Position numbers and translations under genes: made by a program
Notes under the pieces: model-generated
Database searches by the model: none
What the model was told of the DNA's origin: nothing
Seen by the model: only the letters and a program-made list of their open reading frames with translations
Shown: positions 1 to 17,653 of the stretch, piece by piece
How positions within the stretch are numbered: the stretch's first letter is position 1
Layout: the number at the start of each line of letters is the position of its first letter
Assembly: GCA_012295275.1 (NCBI GenBank)
Contig: CM022667.1
Coordinates: 11,284,001 to 11,348,000 of the forward strand
DNA from: Chrysomallon squamiferum
Taxonomy: Eukaryota > Animalia > Mollusca
Direction: 5' to 3'
DNA: 64,000 nucleotides

Positions 1-165
1 ATTACTATTACTTTTGTTATTTCTACTACAACTATAACTGCTATTATTCAATTAGTATTACTACTACTACTAATACTAAAATTCTACTACTATTACTACT
101 ATTATCAGTAATACTACAGCTGCTATATCAACCATTAATACAAATTCTATCATGGCAAATATTCA

Positions 166-206
<41 letters not shown>

Positions 207-383
207 CAGGGCACGGAATTTTTTCATCGCATGTTTCTGAGAAAGTATATTCGGTTGGTCCTTTGCATACCTCTCCTCCACGATTGCATTTTCTAAATTT
301 GTTTACAACCAAATATCCAGGACCTCCGCAGGTCCGACTGCAGCCAGATTTACTGGTAAACCACGTAGTCCAGCCGCTGTATA
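207..383 (-). CDS. Internal exon encoding a thrombospondin type-1 (TSP1) repeat; the other exons were not identified and the gene probably continues past the window start
   Basis: Translation VYSGWTTWFTSKSGCSRTCGGPGYLVVNKFRKCNRGGEVCKGPTEYTFSETCDEKIPCP has the WxxW, CSxTCG, RxC and terminal CP TSP1 pattern. It is bounded by AG (385-384) and GT (206-205), 177 nt, symmetric phase 1-1. Confidence 0.8.
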
Positions 384-1583
384 CTATCAAAGATATAAAT
401 AAATTTATAATAAGTATCGTACTATATGAATACGAGAAATAATAATAATAATAATATATAAATAATTGAACTTGATAAATAAAAATAAGGAAACAAAAAT
501 ACTAAACTATTGATGCCGAGTGGTTTATTCCGTGATGCTGCACTATAAGATTAAAATATAACAAACCAAATGTTTTCGTAAATTCTTGAATGATCAGAAG
601 CAATATGATATTGTTCATTTTCTAAATCTCCTTTTCTTGTTTTTTGTCGAGAAACCAAGTCACATTATTTCAACATAAATGTTTTCCATGACGTCACAAG
701 ATACTTCATGTCTCGTTTTCTTCTTCTTTCGAGAAGAGTCTGAGAAAAAAGAATCTCGTGTCAACAGTAATTCGTACGAAATCGTGAAAAGAAACAATTT
801 AATAGAAATGCAAATAATAATAATTATTATAATGGTTTCAAGTATTGTTTTACAATTAGGTACTCAGAACTGTCCGCTATATTGTTTCAGCAGACTAAGT
901 TTCCACATTATGGTATCTTCATGTTCACGCGCCAGTGTCTGTGAAAATTATTTTTTTTTTTTTTTTTTTAGTACGAAAAGGGTACGAGATGGTATGACGT
1001 CAAAGTTTCCTAAAAAAAACCCACACAATCTGTGTTCGACCTTTGCAGCAATTTCTACTCAATAATAGACATATGTGTATATGAGGCACTGATTATATGA
1101 CATATTTCCCCAATTTACTTTTAATAATCCATATAGAATTGATTGCATTATGAAGGAATACATGTTTAAAACTTTGTAAACACTGATCGGCGTTCGACGC
1201 TGCCATCTTGGATTTCGATCGGAAAACGTCTGATCGGGTTTTTGAACTTCCAATTTCAACTATTTTACATCTATTTTCTGAACATTTTATGATTAACACT
1301 GATAAAGGCAAGGATGGTTGTTCATATTTCTAAACTATTTCCTTTTTCAACTTAATCAAACTTTTCCGGTGATGTAATTTGTGTCGTTTCGAGTTATCAT
1401 TCGTTTGGTCCATATATTTATAAACATTTTTCTGTGTTATGCCTCCGTTGTTCTACAGAGTGGGTTTATTTTAGCGTGTGTTGGATCAGAGAATTGTAGA
1501 ATTTCATATCGTATAAACATTTCCTCATTGTCTTCTTTGGTATTATTATTATTATTTTTTTTTTTTCGCAGTTTTTCTGAGTC

Positions 1584-1638
<55 letters not shown>

Positions 1639-1916
1639 CATAATAATAATAATAGTTGTTGTTCTACGTATTATTATTATAGCGCAGGATCATTGCATGT
1701 TTTTGAATTGTTGGAAAATAACAACCTAGTATACATTTGTTTCGAGAATTATTAATTAGAAATAAATGAAATGAAAATACGTTATTTACCTGAGACAACT
1801 TCATTTTCTCTTCTTGTTTGTGGCTCTCTTTCTTAGCATCTTTTTGTACTCTTTTGTAATATCATATGAAATAGTCTAAACATATTCTGAATATCTTCTA
1901 TATTTATTACTACTAC

Positions 1917-1976
<60 letters not shown>

Positions 1977-2077
1977 CAATAAAATACTCTAAAAATGGTA
2001 TGAACTAATGTAAAAATTACACATTTCAAACAGATTTCTTTTATACTGAGTCTATCCCTTAATACTGAAAATTGTAA

Positions 2078-2116
<39 letters not shown>

Positions 2117-2512
2117 ATTTGTAAATTAAAATATATAAATAGTATGTATTAGTGTAACTTAGTGCTGTTTGCAACCAGAAGATAATTCAGTATGTGTTCT
2201 CTCCTGATTGTATGCCTCCTGGTTCTCTTCTGAGTTCAAACTTCTTATATCTGAGTTTGATTTTGATAAACAAAAATACTAAACTTCAGATGCTGAGTGA
2301 TAATCCTGTAATGCTTCACTAATATAAGAATACCCAGTTCTTTTCAGAGCTTATGCTTCCTGGTTCTCTTGTGAGTTAATTCTGTTTGGATCTTTCTTTT
2401 CTGAGACAGAAACCAAAACGAATTCGTATTAAGTCGTGTTTTGCTGGGTTATCTCAATACAGTTTTCGTATCCTGCTATTGCTCCTCCTACTACTACCAG
2501 ATTATTATTATT

Positions 2513-2586
<74 letters not shown>

Positions 2587-3068
2587 CAACAACAACAACA
2601 ACAACAACAATAACAATAACAACAATAATAATAATAATAACAATAATAATAATAAATATAATAATAGTAAAAAGAAGACAGTGAAGAAGAAAAAATATAA
2701 TAATGAAAAAACTATTATTAAAGTTATCTCCCTTTTTAATTCACAGTAAAAACATTTCAGACGTTTTTGTTATATATTTTTTATTTATTTTATTTACAGA
2801 AACAACAACAAGAACAACAGCACTCACAAACAATAACAACAACAATAATAATACTAAAAAAACAAAAGAAAAACAACAACACACACGCTCGCACACATTC
2901 ACACACACACACACATTATTTATTTATATACTTATTTTTTTTTTTTTTTTTTTTTTTTTATATCTATCTATATCTATATATATATATATATATATATGTT
3001 TATCTATCTATCTATATATATATATATATAACAAGTTAATTTTTCGCAGTTGTACTGAACATTTTCTC

Positions 3069-3790
3069 CTACTCGTACGCAGGTTTTTCACAAATAAAAG
3101 GCTTTTTTATATACTTCGCATCTTACATCATTCCATATCTGTTCTGATACCAACAGTTCAACACAGTCTTCAAAACCGCCGCCGTTGCTGGGGTCGCCTG
3201 CATGCCACGCCGTGAACGTCAGCATTTTGTCATTAACCCACACAAACGTACCTTCGACTTTTTCGTCCGATAAACCAATAAAATAACTGTAATCACCTGG
3301 AAAAAAAAAGCTGAGAAAATATTAATTATAGTAAATACTACTGCTGCTACTACTGCAACTACTACTTCTGCTACTACTTCTGATGACAATGATGATGATG
3401 ATGATGACAATAATAATAATAATACAATAATAATAATAATAACAATGATAATAATAATAATAATAATGGTAATAAAACAAACAAACAAACAAACACACAT
3501 CTAACATGGTTTGAACGATCAAATACTGAGAAATGAAATGTTATAGAATATTTTTTTTTTACCGACGTATTCCCATGTGTAATTAATTACTAACTACCAT
3601 GTTTTTCTCGTCGGTATCCCAAAACAATCAATCTTGATCCTGATTGAGTACATAGGTCACGTGCCATGTGCCATGATTGACTTTCTTTAAACACTTTGAA
3701 ACACAAATTCACGTCGTCAAAATACTGAAAGCAGTCTTCAATCGGACATGTACCTACAGCAACAACAACAACAATAATAATAATTTTAAC

Positions 3791-3837
<47 letters not shown>

Positions 3838-4336
3838 GAAGAAGAAGAAGAAGAAGAAGAAGAACAATAATAAATAAAATAAATAAATAAATAAATAAAT
3901 AAGAAAATAAATAATAATAAATAATAAACAACAGTCTACCTTATGGAGGGAATATCGCTGCAGAAATATAAATATTAGTTTTTACAAACACCACATATCT
4001 TAGACATTTTTGACCGAAAATGATTTTACAAAACGATATTACTGAATAAAATAACCGACTTAAAATATCTGTAAGTTTTGTTTTTTAATAATGTAACAAC
4101 AAAAACAAAAATAAATAAATAAATAAATAAATAGGTCAGTCAGTCAGTCAATCAATCAATCAATCAATCAATAATATATTTTTAACCTATTACTTTTTCT
4201 CTCTTCAGTCTAGCTGTTATTCTTAATACAAAACATTGATAATAATTATTGTTACAATGTGAAGAAGAACAAAGAAGATGAGGAAGAAAAAGAGAAGATG
4301 AAGAAGAAGAAACAAAAACACGAGAAGAAAGTGAAG

Positions 4337-4378
<42 letters not shown>

Positions 4379-4749
4379 CAACAACAACAACAACAATAAA
4401 AACACAAGAAGAAAGTGAAGGAACAATAACAATAATAATAATAATAATCATAGCAACAACAACAACAACAACAACAACAGCAACAACAACTATACCAGCA
4501 GTAAGAAAATAATGTTTCCAGACCGGTGCTGCGACGTCATCGTCTTTCTTTGCAAATGACATCGAGTGAAGGCGACATGTGCCGTCGTCGTTGTAAGAGA
4601 ATGATTTAACTTTGGTTCAGAGAAACAAAGTTTCCCACACAAAGGTTGCTCAGCCATTCCACTCTGTGTAACCAGAATTCCGCCAGTGATGTTAACATTG
4701 CTGAAGTTAATATTCTGTTTCCATGCACCTGTGATAAAAGAAAGATATT

Positions 4750-4788
<39 letters not shown>

Positions 4789-5163
4789 TAATAATAATAA
4801 TAATAATAATTAATAATAATAATGATGATGATGACGATGATGATCATAATAATAGTAATAATATTTTGTTGTTGCTGTTATTGTTTTATTTTTTAAATTA
4901 TTATATCTTGCTTATTTATTTATTTATTTATTTATTTATTGTTCATAACACAGACGAATCTCATTTTAAAAGCAGAACACAAAAAATGGTTAGAGAAGAG
5001 ACGAGATTTTTTTTTACAAAACGAAAAAGTGCAAATATAGAAATTATCAGTTAGAATAAAACAACAACAACAACAAACAAAAAAACACTAACCTTTTCCC
5101 TTCTGCAAGATATAAAACAGCTGTAATAAAATAAGTACATAAAATGAAAAAATATGGATCCAT
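3069..5163 (-). pseudogene. Gene A: pseudogene of the signal-PAN/Apple-C-type lectin family
   Basis: Exons 5093-5163 (MDPYFFILCTYFITAVLYLAEGK), 4496-4728 (PAN: ...CGKLCF..K[C]KSFSYNDDGTCRLHS), ~3563-3753 (GTCPIEDCF...WHMARDLCTQSGSRLIVL) and 3069-3296 (YFIGLSDEKVEGTFVW...HAGDPSN...EDCV...WNDVRC). Lesions: out-of-frame start of exon 2, 1-nt deletion in a Cys codon near 4608, extra G near 3619, in-frame TAA at 3583-3585, extra A near 3105. Confidence 0.8.
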
Positions 5164-5699
5164 CTTTAATGACAGTCCTCAGATTACGGAGTCGAGCTAG
5201 TGTTTATAGGAAACTAGAACTGTCGAAGTGATAAAACACAGAATATTGATAACGTAACCCGTAAAGCTTCCAGTGCAAAATAATAACACAAATAAAAGAA
5301 GATACTAAAACAATTATGAAGTAATTATACGAGAAACCTATGTTTTGACAATCAGATATAAATAATTAAATAGGAAACAAAAACCGAGCCATTTGGAAAT
5401 TAATTCAAAATTGATTTTTAGTCAGTTAACAGTAGAAACAATAGAAGGGAAATGTTTCAGTCGAAAAAACAAAAACAAAAAAGGAACAAAAAAAAAAAAA
5501 AAAAAATATATATATCAAGGGAAGCATGAATTTATGTTTTGTTTTTCTCACGCTTTGGTAAAAATGTTGAGCTGTAAGCCATTTGCTGGGATCACATACC
5601 GAAACCAAAAAAAAGTCTCCTGATCAATACATGATTATTTTTTATTCTTGTTCCAGCTAAAATGTTTTATCAGCCAGAAATGTCAGCAACTCACAGATA

Positions 5700-6483
5700 A
5701 ATATTAACTATATGCGTATCTATCAGAATAATGTAGTCAACAGCTAACAGTTTATATATACTATCCCTTATGAGTTACTAACATAATAACCAGTATCAAT
5801 AACTATCAATCTAATATCTAACAATTAACACACATTAACAGCTAACAATCTAACATACTAACTCACATGAATAATTAACAATATAATATACAAACATAAT
5901 TGTATTAATAAACTTGCAATCAAATACACTGACTCGTAAATACAGCCTAATATAAGTATGAATAACAAACAATCTAATATATTAAATAATAGTAGATAAG
6001 TTTTTACAATATAATGAATAAACTAACAATCAAATACATTAACCTTTGTGAATAATTAACAATTCTAAAACACTAGCCTAATATGAATAACTAATAATAT
6101 AATACGCTAACTAAATAATAATAACTAACAATTTAATACAGAAACCAACATGAATAACTAGCAATCTAAAATACTAATCACAACGAATAACTAGCAATCT
6201 AACATACTAACCAACATGAATAACTAGCAATCTAAAATACTAACCAATACGAATAACTAACAATTTAACATACTAACCAAGACGAATAACTAGGAATCTA
6301 ATATACTAACACAAATGAATAACTAACACTCTAATTACTAACCAGTATGAATATCTAACAAACTAATATACTAATACAAATAACTAACAATCTAATATAC
6401 TAACCAATAGGAATAAGTAACAATCTGATATACTAAACAGTACGAATAACCAACAATCTAATATACTAACAAATATGAATAAC
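5700..6483. repeat. Degenerate ~33-bp minisatellite (unit like GAATAACTAGCAATCTAAAATACTAACCAATAC)
   Basis: Repeated aataacta(g/a)caatctaa(a/c/t)atactaac motif with a ~33-nt period, best conserved at 6130-6480. Confidence 0.85.
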
Positions 6484-6793
6484 GACGAACTAAAGAGCCA
6501 AAGCCACGGAATGCTGATAGATGGTTGTGGGTAAACACTGAAACACTGTCAGCCTGTATTGAAAGCTGAGTTTTAAGCATAAATAATTAAGTATCAAATA
6601 TACAAACCCTTTAACGCTTTGACAAAATTAATAAATACATTAACTAATAACTTACTGAAGCAAAATAAAATGAAAAATTCCCCTTTCATTTGTGAACGGA
6701 TTTGATATAAAGAAAAAGTAATTTAAAGGGAATTAAGATAACGTACCTGAAATAAAATTATATGAAATAAAATCTAATACATAAACGCGCTCG

Positions 6794-6895
<102 letters not shown>

Positions 6896-7066
6896 ATCAA
6901 TTTTTTTTTTTTTTTAACGTGTTTGTTAAGTACTTATAGTTTTGATAGTTTATTATTAAATAAAGACACACTGTCTCGCCACAAATATTGTTTACATAAA
7001 TTTGTGACATCAACGGACTTACTGTAATATGTTTTGTAGGTTGTCATCATTATGGAATGTGTGTGT

Positions 7067-7100
<34 letters not shown>

Positions 7101-7938
7101 TCAGCGTGGTTGCTTTAGTGTATATGTATATATGTGCGTATAGAGAAATAACAACAAGAAAGAAGAAATAAATAAATAAATAAATAGTTAATAAGTAATT
7201 GTATAAATAAATAACATACAAAAACAAACAAATAAACAAACGACCAAATATATAAACGAAAAAAATAAATAAACAAAAGAAAGAAAGAAACAAACAAACA
7301 AATAAAATAAAACAAATAAAATAAATAAATAAATAACACAGGCAAGTACACAGCGTTTTCAAAAACTATCACGAACTAAAAGAAATCTAAAGGCTTCTGT
7401 CTTTTTCATTTACTTAGCACTTTTCCGCGAAAAGTTATACAGATTTAACCTTATCTTTTTGACAGGACAAGCAAACAAAGACATAAAGGTGGAAAAAAGG
7501 TTAAAGGAAAAAGAAAACAAAAGAAAGAAAGAAATGTACCAAATTAACCAAAGCAACAATTCTGTAATCAGTGAATGGAAAATCTCATATAAGCTGTATT
7601 TAAATATTTAAATATTGTCGTAATTTTCAAGCTGCACAATCAAACGATGTTCGTATTTACTCGAAAGACTCTTACTTTGACAAAACAGGCTTCGTATTGA
7701 AACATGAAAAGAAAAGATACAGGAAGGATTAAAGTGGCATTAAGATAATAATTAATTAACTTGTATTTTGTGGTAAAGATATTTGTTTAAACAAAAGAAA
7801 GATATTTGTTTTTAACCGTGTATTTTCGGTTCCTAATCTCAGATTGTGTCTGAGTGAAGTTTATATTCTGTAACTTCCGTATGCATTCATATTCTCACTG
7901 GCTCTTTCTCTAACTATCTATTTGTCTATGTCGGTCTG

Positions 7939-8041
<103 letters not shown>

Positions 8042-8508
8042 GGTGTGTGTGTTTTTTATGGACAGTATTTGTATGTCTTTGGTCTTTGCACAGAATTACA
8101 AAGAGAGACAGATAGAGTGACAAACACATTCACATTTAGATTGATATATAGATAGATAGATAGATGGATACACAACTAGATAAACAGATAGATTAAAATT
8201 AAAGAAAGAGAGACAGAAAAAGAGCGTGTTACAGTGATAGAGAGAGAGAGAGAAAGTATGAATATAAGTTTTAGGATATAAAAAATCAGTCAGACAAAAG
8301 ATAGGAAAAATCCTGTACAAATATTTAGAAAGGGATTTGCTGAAAATCTGTCATCAGCATTACACAGGCGATAATCCAGAGCTGATAAAATATTAATGAA
8401 ATAAACATTGTCTTAGATTCTACGTAATTAAAAAATGCGTTCTCGCCAATAACAGTGAGGAGTCACTCATTATTTACTGAATGTAATTGTGGTTTCAGTA
8501 AATGTGCT

Positions 8509-8514
8509 TATAAA
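8509..8514 (+). promoter_or_regulatory. Putative TATA box of gene B
   Basis: TATAAA 60 nt upstream of the ATG at 8569; similar placement to TATA boxes of paralogs A, E, G and I. Confidence 0.35.
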
Positions 8515-8568
8515 CGTTTACCTCATCGTGTTAAATTACTTGAAACGAAACAAGTTAGACGTTCCAAG

Positions 8569-11353
<2,785 letters not shown>

Positions 11354-11437
11354 CTGTTTTGTACTTTCAGTGGAATCTAGAAAGACAGTCAATGTAAAAA
11401 TAAAACACACACACATACACACACACATACACACACA

Positions 11438-11479
<42 letters not shown>

Positions 11480-11536
11480 TTTATGGATATAATACGAAGT
11501 ATTTGAATCATTGTTCTCTCGTTTCTTTGTGTGTGC

Positions 11537-11575
<39 letters not shown>

Positions 11576-11872
11576 AATCAATGATAAATCAATGATAAAT
11601 CACATTCACAGAAATCTGCAGAGGGTGAATGAATGAATAAAATCGATTTTATCACAGTGTATTGAATTAAAACTAACGCTGATGTAAAATTATTCATATT
11701 TAATAAACAAATCCAACATTGGATCAGAAAGCTGAATTATTGTTTTCATTTAATATAAAAACGCCCAGAATATGAACTACACTAATTATTTAACATGAAA
11801 AACACGACTGACATATTTTCATGAGGGAAAACAGTTTGAACTCTTAGCTGTCTCTGTAGAGGGAGGTCGCTT

Positions 11873-11945
11873 TTAACCCTTTGTATCTGACTACCTGGAA
11901 CTAATGTTATTATGCAGCCAGCTGTGTACTACTAATTAGGGTTAA
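11873..11945. mobile_element. Possible tiny piggyBac-type relic
   Basis: TTAA-CCCT...AGGG-TTAA around 65 bp. Only the terminal 4 nt are clearly inverted, so it could be chance. Confidence 0.25.
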
Positions 11946-11964
11946 ATTTTGTCATTAGGTATTG

Positions 11965-12103
<139 letters not shown>

Positions 12104-12551
12104 GTCTGTCTGTCTGTCTAACACTCTATCTATTTATCTATATGTCTATCCGTTCGTCTGTTTGTCTATCTCTCTCTCTCTATCTATTTGTCTCTCTGTC
12201 TGCCTGGCTATATTTCTGTTTATCTATCTGTCTCTTTATATATCTACTTATTTATTTATAATACTATACATGTTTATGTATGCATGTAAACTAGAGATGG
12301 TACAACAGTAGCAGTAGTAATAATACTAGTAGTAAGCAGTAATTGTAGCAATATTAGATAATAATAATTTCTTATGATGATGATGCTGATGGTAACTATG
12401 ATAATAATAATAATAATAATAACAATAACAATAATTATTACTATAGTAATTTTAATTATAATAATGAATAAACAAATTATATTATTATTATTATTATTAT
12501 TATTATAAATAAAGCAAGCAAGCAAACAAACAAATAAATAGCTCACGATCC

Positions 12552-12633
<82 letters not shown>

Positions 12634-13344
12634 CTCTCTCTGCTTCTCTCTCTCCTTTTCTTTCCATTTCTCGTCTCCATTCTTTATGTTTTCTTCTTTT
12701 TTTTTCTTTTTTTTTGTAATTTTTTAAGATTTTTTTTTTTTATTAATACTTTTTAACAATGCTTCACATTGTATTCTTCGCTTTACTGGATTTCGGATTA
12801 AGTATTGACGGATCACTAATCGCTTGGTTTGATTTTTTATTCTGTTTGTATTTTTCCAGAAAATAACTGCTACTTGATCTCTGTTTGTTCTGTAGCTCTG
12901 TCTGATGGACATTATGATTGAACCGATGCAGTGAATGCGCTGATATTTCCGACAAAATATTCGTATAACGCGTTTTTACTACCGCACGTAATAAGCTAAA
13001 TATATACGTCGTTGTATGTATTTGTAATCGAAAAAAAGAAAATAATCAGTATGTTTATGAAGTTCAGTTTATGGTAAATAAATTGCTTTATAACTATTTA
13101 TGTTATTATTTGATTGGACTAAAAATAATAGCGATGATTATGATGATGATAATAATTCATACACTCGCAAGCGCACGCACACACACATATCACATGTCAC
13201 CGTAAATGAGTCCTTTAGCGAATATATATATATATATATATATATTGTTGCTGTCATCATCATGATTATCGTTATCATCATCACCATAATGATGATGATG
13301 ATGATGATGATGATAATAATAATAATAATAATGTTAATAGTTAC

Positions 13345-13378
<34 letters not shown>

Positions 13379-13719
13379 TTCTGACCATGTACAGGCTTCT
13401 AAATAAAAGCTCTTAGTATATCTATCTGATTACACTGGTCTAGAATATAATAGTTTAAACGACCACCAAATATGAGTCAGCCTTTTCAACGACATGTTTT
13501 GAAGAAACATCGATTCTTGGCCAAGAAGAATCCAATAAAACTAATATTCTTTCTCGTTATTGTTTCGAATTATTTTAACCGTACAAATATTAATGCGGAT
13601 ATGTGAGTATGTTATTTACGTTAAACGTGTGTTTATTACGTGTTCGCTTTGAAATTACCGTAATATACGTGAAATAATGTGATTTTGGTTATAACACATA
13701 CTAATAAAGCTACGTGTGT

Positions 13720-13769
<50 letters not shown>

Positions 13770-13896
13770 CTATAGTATTAACCGAGATGAATTAATATAC
13801 AGCATTGATTGAAATGAATCTTTAATACAGCCTTTCGTTTATTTTTTTATTTTTTCCAGCATGAAATAACAGGTTTAATAGAAGTCGTAGCAGTAA

Positions 13897-13935
<39 letters not shown>

Positions 13936-14094
13936 AAACGCATACACGACATATTCATGGGATTATCGATTTCATACACAATGGCATAATTTCGTTATTT
14001 ATGATCGTATTACACAGTAAAATTTAACACGACTACGTGACAATGTTCTTGCTGTCGACTGACGGCGGTTGGCGGTGTTTACCGAACCAAGCAA

Positions 14095-14280
14095 CGTCGT
14101 AAGACCTGGTGTGGTTATCAGCATCGGCAGTCACTGCATGACATCACCTTGGCACATCACGAGGAATCCCAGCCCATTTTCCCTGCAGTGCACGTGACAG
14201 TGCATGTGAAAGCGTCTGAGACTCCGGGTTACGTTGGCGAACACATCTGTCCAGGTCGTCCCACAGATCTTGATGCTGGC
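14095..14280 (-). mobile_element. Degenerate Tc1/mariner transposase C-terminal fragment
   Basis: Minus-strand translation DLWDDLDRCVRQRNPESQTL..LSRALQGKWAGIPRDV...R*CHAVT..ADNHTR resembles the Tc1 C-terminus (IEHLWDELxRRVR...L..AL..EW..IP...RRC.AVI.A.GG.T.Y); contains stops and deletions. Confidence 0.7.
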
Positions 14281-14320
14281 CTAACCGTTTCTTTTTTGAC
14301 AGAGTGTGGCAGTAGCAGTG

Positions 14321-14361
<41 letters not shown>

Positions 14362-14375
14362 AGTGGTAGTAGTAC

Positions 14376-14408
<33 letters not shown>

Positions 14409-14976
14409 TAGTCGTAGTGGTAGTAGTAGTAGTAGTAGTAGTGGTAGTAGTAGTAGTAGTAGTGGTAGTAGAAGAATAAGAAGAAAAAGAAGAAGAAAAA
14501 GAAGAAGAAGAAGAAAAAGAAAAAAGGAAGAAGATGATGAAGAAGAAGATAAAAATAAAAGAAAGGAAATTAATGATAGTGAAAATCAATCATGACATGT
14601 TATAAGTCACACCTCTATTCTTTTATCATTTCATCTCGCGAGACAGTTAAAAAAAACTAATTATTCATTTTTAGAACGCTTCTCTATCACATATTCATCT
14701 GACGCACGCGTTTAAAGTATTGTTTCCAGTAACTTGATCAGTTAGTCTCGACAAATCAATATGTAATAAAAAATATGAAACGGAAGCCATCTTCTGTGAT
14801 CTTTTTTTTTTTTTGTGTTTTTACAACAACAAGAAACAATCCAATCGACTAAATGGTCCGGAAAATAAAATAAAATACTGCTAATTAGTGTAAGGTAGAT
14901 TATTTAGCTTAGGTGAAATGTCTCATGTTAGAAAAAATATTTCTGTCCAGATTTGATGATGTCTAAATTTCGGAAA

Positions 14977-16345
14977 ATGTGTTACGTTGACCTGGGAAAA
15001 GTTTTAATTTTTGCGGTTGTAATAGACTTGACTTATTCGACATGCAGGTAAACATTAACCGTGTTGTTTTAATCTTTTTTTGTTCTTCTTTCTTTTTTTT
15101 TTTTTTTTTTTTTTTCCCCTCTTTGGTATTAACTTTCTTATTCTTCTGTTTGTTCAATTATTCGTTGAATTATTTCTTAATTTCTTTCTTTCTTTGTTTG
15201 TGCATTTTAAATTAATTAATTAATTAATTTATTTATTTGCTAGTTTGTTTGCTAATGTGTATTTTAATTCATTTCTATATGCGTTCTTATTCTCGTTGCA
15301 CAAAATATTTGAAATACTTGCTGATCAAAGTCGATGGTTTGAAAATTCTTCTGATATTAAACGCCCGCCTGTGTCAGAGAATACACACTGTATACTTCAA
15401 ATTTCAGAAGACTTCTAAACCTCTGAAATTTTAATTACAATTTTGGAAGATGATTAGCCCACGCACTCTGGTGTTTTTTTTTTTTTTTTTTTTTTTTCTT
15501 GGTTACACACAACACATATACCCAAACACACATATATCTTGACTTTTTGTGAATACTGTTAAAAAAAAATTGTCAATGTCGTCGTCTTTATCGTCATTGT
15601 TGATTATGTACATTTTTCATTTTTAATTCATTACTTTCATTTTATTTTATTATATATATATGCAGACAGTGGTACTTTGACTTACGAGTTTAATCTGTTC
15701 CGTGGCCGAGCTCGTATCTCAATTTGCTCGTATACCAAATCAAAATCCACCAACTAAAATTAATTGAAACATCATTAATCCGTTCCAGCGACTGCTCGTA
15801 TCTCGAAAATCTCATCATTGGGGCACTTGCAAGTCGATGTACCATTGTATGTATGTATGTATGTATGTATGTGTGTGTGTGTGTGTGTGTATTTTTTTTT
15901 TATATATTTATTTATTTATTTATTCATTTAATTTAAATATTATGTCTGCAGCGCTGATACCAGAGAGTCTTTCTGGACACGTGATCCTGATTTCGATGAC
16001 GTCACAATAACAGAGAAGCTTATCACGTCACTTAGCGACGTGAAAAGCAAGGTGCGTTGTGCGACGGTGTGTAGAAGCGTGGATTCCTGCAGATCGTTTT
16101 CGCACAACGGTCTCACAGGAGCGTGCGATCTGTATTCTACGAAATTTTCAAATAATGCCAGCCATATTCCTTCGCTCGGATCACGTTATTACTTTTTAGT
16201 CGGAGGTATATTGAATAATTATGTTCATCATTGTAAACATTAATACCATCATCATAATAGTTTATTTTTTTGTATTTACTTATTTACGTAGTTACTTAAT
16301 ATTGCAAACAGTATTAAATCTGTATTTAATAAAAATAAAATAAAA

Positions 16346-16427
<82 letters not shown>

Positions 16428-16898
16428 CATTCCACCAGATATAAATAATAATAAAACAAAACCCTTCCAGTACTGTTATAGGCTTTTATACTTTAACACC
16501 AATCTTTACTAACAATAAAATGTTATTTATTTATTTATTTATTTATTTTATTTATTATTTTTTTTCCAGCTTTACTTTGATATCTTCAACAAATAACAGA
16601 TTATATTCTCTTTGTAGAAGACTGCCCCCAAAATCAGGGTTACATACTGTTTACACATTCAAAGACATGTTTCAAAGCGTATGACGTCACGAAAACGTGG
16701 TACGAGGCTAGTGATTTTTGTACAGGAGAAGGTTCTAGACTGATAATATTAGACGGAGCAGATACAAATCAGGCTGTTGGCACACTGATCAGAGAGTTAG
16801 TAGGTAACTGGTTTTACTTATACTCTTTATATTATGCAGTATTATATTATACGGTTTAGTTATATGTATAAACAACATATTGTATAATATGCGCGCGC

Positions 16899-16951
<53 letters not shown>

Positions 16952-17369
16952 AGTGTTGTTGTCATCGTCGTTGTTTCCTTACTCTGTGCCTATCCTTTTT
17001 TCTGTCTTTTTCTTCTTCTTTACCTATCTTTCTCTTTATGAATTTTCTCTCTTCTTAATATGTCTACATATTTCATAACCATCTTCCTTTTCATTATTAG
17101 AAGTCGTCGTACAAATTTTAATGGTCTCTACCTTTTTTTTGCATTCAACAGGAGAATTCGCATTTTTCTTTGGTTTAAAAAGGGAAGCCACCAAGAACGA
17201 GTTTGTCTGGCTAAACGGGGACCGACCAAATGTTACTCACTGGAAACCTGGTGAACCAAACGGGGACGTTTCAGCCGATTACTGCGTGGTACTGAACACT
17301 AAGAATCTGCTGTGGAACGATTCTCCGTGCACTAGAAGGAAAAGATTTATTTGTGAAAAAGTAATCTGA
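14977..17369 (+). CDS. Gene C: secreted PAN/Apple + C-type lectin protein (~242 aa), EPN/WND motifs
   Basis: Exons 14977-15047 (MCYVDLGKVLIFAVVIDLTYSTC; an in-frame upstream ATG at 14956 is possible), 15952-16205 (PAN: CATVCRSVDSCRSFSHNGLTGACDLYS), 16618-16803 (DCPQNQGY...CFKAYDVTKTWYEASDFCTGEGSRLIILD) and 17152-17369 (FFGLKRE...WKPGEPNGDVSADYCV...WNDSPC...FICEKVI*). GT-AG, phases 2-1-1. Confidence 0.88.
15667..15847 (+). mobile_element. pogo/Tigger-type MITE in intron 1 of gene C
   Basis: Terminal inverted repeats CAGTGGTACTTTGACTTACGAG ... CTTGCAAGTCGATGTACCATTG followed by TA; related copies at ~42990-43125 and 47315-47596. Confidence 0.65.
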
Positions 17370-17570
17370 GAACAGTGGTTGTTTGTTTGTTTCTTTCTTT
17401 CTTCGAGATGAACGCGATTTAACGTATCTTTGTCATTTGTCAAAGTTTGTTAACTGAAGACGTGTTCGATTTTGTGCTTAATTGTTTTTGTAGTTATAAA
17501 GCAGAGAGGTACTTTATGCAGTCGTTTTTTTCTTGTTATGTACTGAGATCATTTAACACAGACGCCTCTT

Positions 17571-17653
<83 letters not shown>

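Noticed and set aside
1059-1311. Minus-strand ORFs as upstream exons of the TSP1 gene
   Set aside because: No recognisable motif and no convincing phase-compatible donor.
5700-6483. CRISPR-like periodic array
   Set aside because: Head-to-tail degenerate minisatellite with no unique spacers, in a eukaryotic context with no cas genes.
14149-14595. 148-aa plus-strand ORF with Ser-rich and basic tail
   Set aside because: Antisense of a Tc1 relic running into (AGT)n and (AAG)n microsatellites.
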